A DNA stretch of 64,000 nucleotides from the NCBI RefSeq assembly GCF_009914755.1, contig NC_060935.1; one strand, given 5' to 3'. The DNA comes from the human T2T-CHM13v2.0 reference genome, Homo sapiens. Shown here in pieces: positions 55,140 through 64,000 of the stretch (position 1 is its first letter; the number at the start of each line of letters is the position of its first letter). A model generated the notes under the pieces. That model saw only the letters and a list, made by a program, of their open reading frames with translations. It did not search any database and was not told the origin of the DNA. A program made the translations under genes and the position numbers.

Positions 55140-56309
55140 GCTCCCTCCCCTCCTATTGCTTCTCTCTCCTTATTCACTCCACTCCAGCCGCTAGCTCAGT
55201 GCAGGCCTCGACACATGTTCCCACTCTCTGGAAGCTGGCTTGTCTTCCCACCGCACCTCTCATGTTCAGGTCTCAGCTCAGATGCAACTTCCCCAGACAG
55301 GAGGCTGGCAATCTGTTCAAGGCATGTTCCTCCCAACCTCTCCTGTTATCTTCGCTCCCATCCCCCTGATATCTTTCTCCATGACACTCACCATGATTCA
55401 CAAATCCAGATTTATTTGAACTTTGCCGTGCTTCTTTCTTGCTATACTATGAACTCCACACACTATATGTCCATCCATTAGTAGGTGCTAAGCATATTCT
55501 ATGTGCTGAAAACATACTTGAGTGAATTAATAACATTTTCCAGAAAATGCCTTGGTTTGGGGAAGCTAAATTCCAGATGCATTTAGAGGGAAATTTCATT
55601 GCAGTTTAGTTACAGTGTGGCACTTATCATTTATTTTATTACTGATTATCCAAATTTTTGGCCATCAGCATGTTTTCAGAGACTGTCTTATAATATTTGC
55701 TTTGCCGTGGAGAACACCTCATTATTGCGATGGCCTTTCTTGCCCACCTGCCCACCCACCTCCTGCACTCCCCCTGGCTACCCTGGCAGTGCTCCTGTTC
55801 CTCACGAGCACTAGGCTCAGTCCCCTCCAGGGCTCCACACTTGCTGTTCTCTCTGCCCCTAGACCTTCCCACATGGCTCACTTATTTCAGATCTCAGCTC
55901 AAATATGAAATCTTCCTGGTTTACAGAAAGCCCAGATGGGCTTTCCTGAGCATCTCTCTAGAATCATCACTGCTGTCTCCTTCCTATCCCACTGTCTTTT
56001 CTTTTGGAGCATATCCACTATCCACTTGTGCACTGTCTCCCCAACTACAATGTCTGCTTACCAAGGACAGGACTTTGCCTGTCTTGTTCATGGCATCCGC
56101 AGCCCCTAGAATAGGGCCTCTGGTAAAGACTGTTGAGTGAAGAGTTCCAGAACACAGAGAAAGGTACACAGCAGCAGTAATAAGGATGAGCAACCTCTGT
56201 GCAGCAACAACTGTCCACCCTCTAAAAAGCTGCTTTCAGAAAGGAAGGGGCAGATTGTCCAATTTTCTCCAGTAAATGCTGCTACCATCTTCTCTGCTAG
56301 GAAGGGCTT

Positions 56310-56771
<462 letters not shown>

Positions 56772-57317
56772 TGAGGCTACCCAAGCTTCCGGTGGGGAGG
56801 AATATTCTGGAAACAGAAGGACACAGATAGAAGGAGTTACAACTGATCTTATACTCTTGGTCATAACTCTATTATAATCTTAGGTCTAAGTCTCAGAACT
56901 ATGAAACACTCTTAGGACATTCTTAATGTCCTTAGAAACTAAGAAAAACTTAGGAAGACTTGTCATATAAGGGAAGAGCCAAATGAATGATGTTCACAGT
57001 TCTGAATCATGTCAAACAGATAATCTTCATAGTGGCGTTTTAAATTTTCTCACCATAAGATGAGGACAGAGATCCGCTGTACCGTTCAGTGCAGGCTATG
57101 CAATTGGAAAAAATAGGAGGATAATTCTTCTTCAGTACTTTCTAGTCTTAATAGGGCCGCATTTTCTTTTGTTACTAAATGTACAATGTCACATCTTCTA
57201 TTCTTGTTGCCAGATGAATGTGATCTAGCACAATACTATCCTGTTAGCATTTCTATGTAAATATGAGTCAGTGGTATTATGCTGAGCTGGAAGTTAAATA
57301 AAAAGTAATTAACCACA

Positions 57318-57649
57318 GGCCGGGCACGATGGCTCAAGCCTGTAATCCCAGCACTTTGGGAGGACACAGTGTCTCATGCCTGTAATCCCAGCACTTTGGG
57401 AGGCCAAGGTGGGCGGATCACCTGAGTTCAGGAGTTTGAGACCAGTGGCCAACATGGCGAAACCCCGTCTCTACTAAAAACACAAACATTAACTGGGCAT
57501 GGTGGGCACCTGTAATCCCAGTTACTTGGGAGGCTGAGGCAGGAGAATTGCTTGAACCCAGGAGGCGGATGTTGCAGTGAGCAGAGATCGGCCACTGAAC
57601 TCCAGCCTGGGTGACAGAGTGAGACTCCGTATCCAAAAAAACAAAAAGA
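57318..57649 (+). mobile_element. AluS with duplicated 5' about 41 bp
   Basis: TSD AAGTAATTAACCACA. Confidence 0.92.
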
Positions 57650-57890
57650 AGTAATTAACCACAAAGACAATTACAGTTTACGTAGGTGTTTACAAGTCTG
57701 AGACGGTGGGAAAAGTTGACCTTTTTTAAAAAAAACACCTAACATTCCCTGAAATATCTTGACCTTTTAGAGCTGAACTACAATACATGGTTTCACACTT
57801 AAGATGAAATTATGCTCATATTAACATCAAAATATCTGGTTTGTTTTTTGGACTTTCCTAGTCTTTGCAGTCATATTAACAAAACGAAAG

Positions 57891-57913
57891 AAAAGTAAAA
57901 AGTAAAAGTAAAA
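57891..57913. repeat. (AAAAGT)n short repeat
   Basis: AAAAGTAAAAAGTAAAAGTAAAA. Confidence 0.6.
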
Positions 57914-57944
57914 ATACCACGAAGCTATAGATTACTTTTTTTTT

Positions 57945-58236
57945 GTATTCTTTAATTTTATTTTTTTAAATTTTACTTCAAGTTCCAGGATACATATGCA
58001 GAATGTGCAGGTTTGTTACATAGGTATACATGTGCCATGGTGGTTTGCTGCACCTGTCATCTAGGTTTTAAGCCCCGCATGCATTAGGTATTTGTCCTAA
58101 TGCTCTCCCTCCCCTTGACCTCCACCCTCCGACAGGCCCTGGTGTATGATGTTCCCCTCCCTGTGTCCATGTGTTCTCATTTTTCAGCTCCCACTTATGA
58201 GTGAGAACATGCGGTGTTTGGTTTTCTGTTCCTGTT
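57945..58236 (-). mobile_element. 5'-truncated L1PA 3' end (about L1PA7/8)
   Basis: Typical L1PA 3'UTR reverse complement: TGCAGGTTTGTTACATAGGTATACATGTGCCATGG...GTGAGAACATGCGGTGTTTGGTTTTCTG. Confidence 0.88.
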
Positions 58237-58799
58237 TGGATTTTTTACTTTAACACAACACGTACAAATCTAGGCTTCACTGTCAGATTTTGCTTTCTCA
58301 CCACTAGAAGGTGCTAACAACACCATTACATGTTTCCAGTGTGACAAACTGTAAGAAGCCCAGCGAGCTCATGGGGAAATATATTCATCTGTTTATTTTT
58401 GGCAAATTTACTGAGAGTAGTTTGATTTGAAACAATAACATATAGCAATCTGTTTCCTCTCTAATGGGAAGGCACCTAATTATCCATTTTGTTATTAATA
58501 TTCAATCTAGAAAAGTGATAAAAAGAATGCATAAAAAATACAATTATCTCTAGATTCAAGTATACAAAATAAACTGATGCATTCTCTTGGATTTAGTGAC
58601 AATGCTTCTCGAAATTTGTACCAAGATAAAATATCAGAGGGGTGAACAAAAAATGAATGGATAAGATGTTCATCTCAACATTGTTTAAAGTACTATATAA
58701 TGGCTATGTTACATAACTTCATACAGTGGAACACTGCGGCCATAAAAATGATGGTGAAGATTGTGTTTATTGCCATGGAAAGCTATCCATGCAATATTA

Positions 58800-59100
58800 T
58801 TGTTGTTATTATTTTAAATAGAGATGTGATCTTGCTGTGTTGCCCAGGCTGGAGCACACTGGTGTGATCATAGCTAACTACAGCGTTTAACTCCTGGACT
58901 CAAGCAATCCTCCCACCTCAGCCTCCCGAGTAGCTGGGACTACAGCATGCTCCACCATGCCCTGATAATTATAAAAATTTTTCAGTGATAGGGTCTCACT
59001 ATATTGCCTAGGCTGGTCTCAAACTCCTGGGCTCAAGCAATCCTCCCGCCTCAGCCTCCTGAGTAGCTGAGACTATAGGCATGTGCTACCATGTCCAGCT
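58800..59100 (-). mobile_element. AluJ
   Basis: TSD ATGCAATATTATT. Confidence 0.9.
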
Positions 59101-59136
59101 GATGCAATATTATTAAGTTAAAAATGCAGGCTACAG

Positions 59137-59965
59137 CTCTTTTTCATGGTGGCTCGAAGGCGATCAGCTGCTTCAAGATGAAGCTGAACATCTTCCTGGC
59201 CACTGCCTGCCAGAAACTCATTGAAGTGGACAATGAACACAAACTTCATACTTTTTATGAGAAGTGTATGGCCACAGAAGTTGCTGCTGATGCTCTGGGT
59301 AAAGAATGGAAGGGTTATGTGGTCTGAATCAACAGTGGGAACGACAAACAAGGTTTCCCTATGAATCAGGGTGTCTTGACCCATGGCCATGTCCACCTGC
59401 TGCTGAATAAAAGGCATGCCTGTTACAGACCAAGAAGAACTGGAAAAAGAAAGCAAAAATCTGCACGTGGTTGCATTGTGGATGCCAATCTGAGCATTCT
59501 CAACTTGGTTATTGTAAAAAAAGGAGAGAAGGATATTCCTGGACTGACTGATACTATGGTGCCTTGTCATCTCGGGCCCAAAAGAGCTAGCAGAATCTGC
59601 AAACTTTTCAGTCTCTCTGAAGATGATGATGTCCACCAGTGTGTTGTAAGAAAGGCTTTAAACAAAGAAGGTAAGAAACCTAGGACCAAAGCACCCACGA
59701 CTAAGTATCTTGTTACTCCACATGTTCTGCAGCACGAATGGTGGCATATTGCTCTGAAGAAACAGAGAATTAAGGAAAATAAGGAAGTAGCTGCAGAATA
59801 TGCTAAACTTTTGGCCAAGAGAATGAAGGAGGCTAAAGAGAAGCATCAAGAACAGATTGCCAAGAGACGCAGACTGTCCTCTCTGTGAGTTTCTACTTCC
59901 AAGTCTGAATCTAGTCAAAAATAAGATTTTTTGAGTAACAAATAAATAAGACAGACTAAAAAAAA
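59137..59965 (+). pseudogene. RPS6: Processed pseudogene of 40S ribosomal protein S6 (full length, intronless)
   Basis: 5' TOP-like start CTCTTTTT at 59137; ATG 59178 (MKLNI..QKLIEVD); RPS6 peptides [28 protein letters not shown]; native TAA 59922-59924; in-frame TGA at 59325 and 59886; AATAAA 59941, short poly(A); TSD AAAAATGCAGG(C/T)TAC at 59120-59134 and 59961-59975. Confidence 0.97.
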
Positions 59966-60425
59966 TGCAGGTTACGAATTGTCATTTAATATCTCATTTA
60001 AATAAAGATATGATAAAGAAAAGCACGGAACATATTCACTGAAATGATGATTGTCTCTAGACAGTGTGATTATTTGTGATCCTTATTATCTGGTTGTGTG
60101 ACCCTGAAAAAAAAACTTAGCCCCTCCGTACCTCTCAGTTTCATCATCAGCAAAATGGTGGCAATAATATTTCCTACCTCATGGCTAATATGAGGAATTT
60201 AACATATTTACATATGTAAAGCATTTAGAAGAGCACTGAACACATCACACATACTAAAAAACTATTAGCTATCATACTCATTATCCTAATTGTCCATATT
60301 TTCTAATTTTATGATGGTGTATGTGTTATTTTTATAACCAGTAAAGACAATAAACTACTTTTTTCAAAAAGATAGCTCTCACAGAGGAGGAGGGAAATAA
60401 ATTCATTCCTATCTATAAGAATAGT

Positions 60426-60738
60426 GGCCGGGTGCGGTGGCTCACGCCTGTAATCCCAGCACTTTGGGAGGCCAAGGCAGATGGATCACCTGAGGTCAGG
60501 AGTTCAAGAGCAGCCTGGCCAACATGGCGAAACCCCATCTCTACTAAAAATACAAAAAGTAGCCGGGCGTGGTGGCATGCGAATGTAATCCCAGCTACTT
60601 GGGAGGCTGAGGCAGGAGAATTGCTTGAACCTGGGAGATGGAGGTTGCAGTGAGTGAGATCACGTCACTGCACTCCAGCCTGGGCAACAAGAGCATAACT
60701 CTGTCTCCAAAAAAAAAAAAAAAAGAAAAAGAAAAAAG
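60426..60738 (+). mobile_element. AluS
   Basis: TSD AAGAATAGT. Confidence 0.93.
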
Positions 60739-60789
60739 AATAGTAAGTCACTTAATTCCCATTTACCCAAAAAGTTAAAATAGTCAGAT

Positions 60790-64000
<3,211 letters not shown>

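Larger units (their letters stand above)
58590..60360 (+). mobile_element. Old L1M 3' remnant hosting AluJ, the RPS6 pseudogene and a MIR
   Basis: AAGATGTTCATC..CATACAGTGGAA..GCCATAAAAATGA..CATGGAAAG L1ME-like blocks. Confidence 0.55.

Noticed and set aside
59118-59918. Antisense ORFs (172, 83, 86 aa) over the RPS6 pseudogene
   Set aside because: Expected shadow of a coding-derived sequence; no independent support

Overview
Human (primate) genomic DNA, intergenic or deep intronic and very repeat-dense; I find no intact protein-coding gene, RNA gene or CRISPR array. About 58 Alu copies cover roughly a quarter of the window and explain most ORFs in the supplied track. Recognisable items: a full-length processed RPS6 pseudogene (59137-59965), a window-truncated L1PA (60790-64000, minus), two ancient ERV-L-class gag/pro remnants (about 23.6-26.1 kb and 37.5-40.0 kb, both minus and split by later insertions), several MaLR/ERV LTRs, DNA-transposon fossils (MER2, MER5, MER20, MER58) and L2/MIR/L1M debris. 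Young elements include a near-consensus AluYa5 nested in another Alu and an AluYd-lineage copy. Non-repeat candidates are a small CpG island at about 32.7-33.0 kb, a CpG-retaining 179-nt exon-like segment at 43948-44126, CTCF-like motifs and a few perfect palindromes. I did not find convincing evidence of a new biological system; the best lead is a possible unannotated transcript or regulatory unit (CpG island plus exon-like segment). Repeat family names come from recalled consensus sequences, boundaries are approximate, and all need RepeatMasker/Dfam confirmation.
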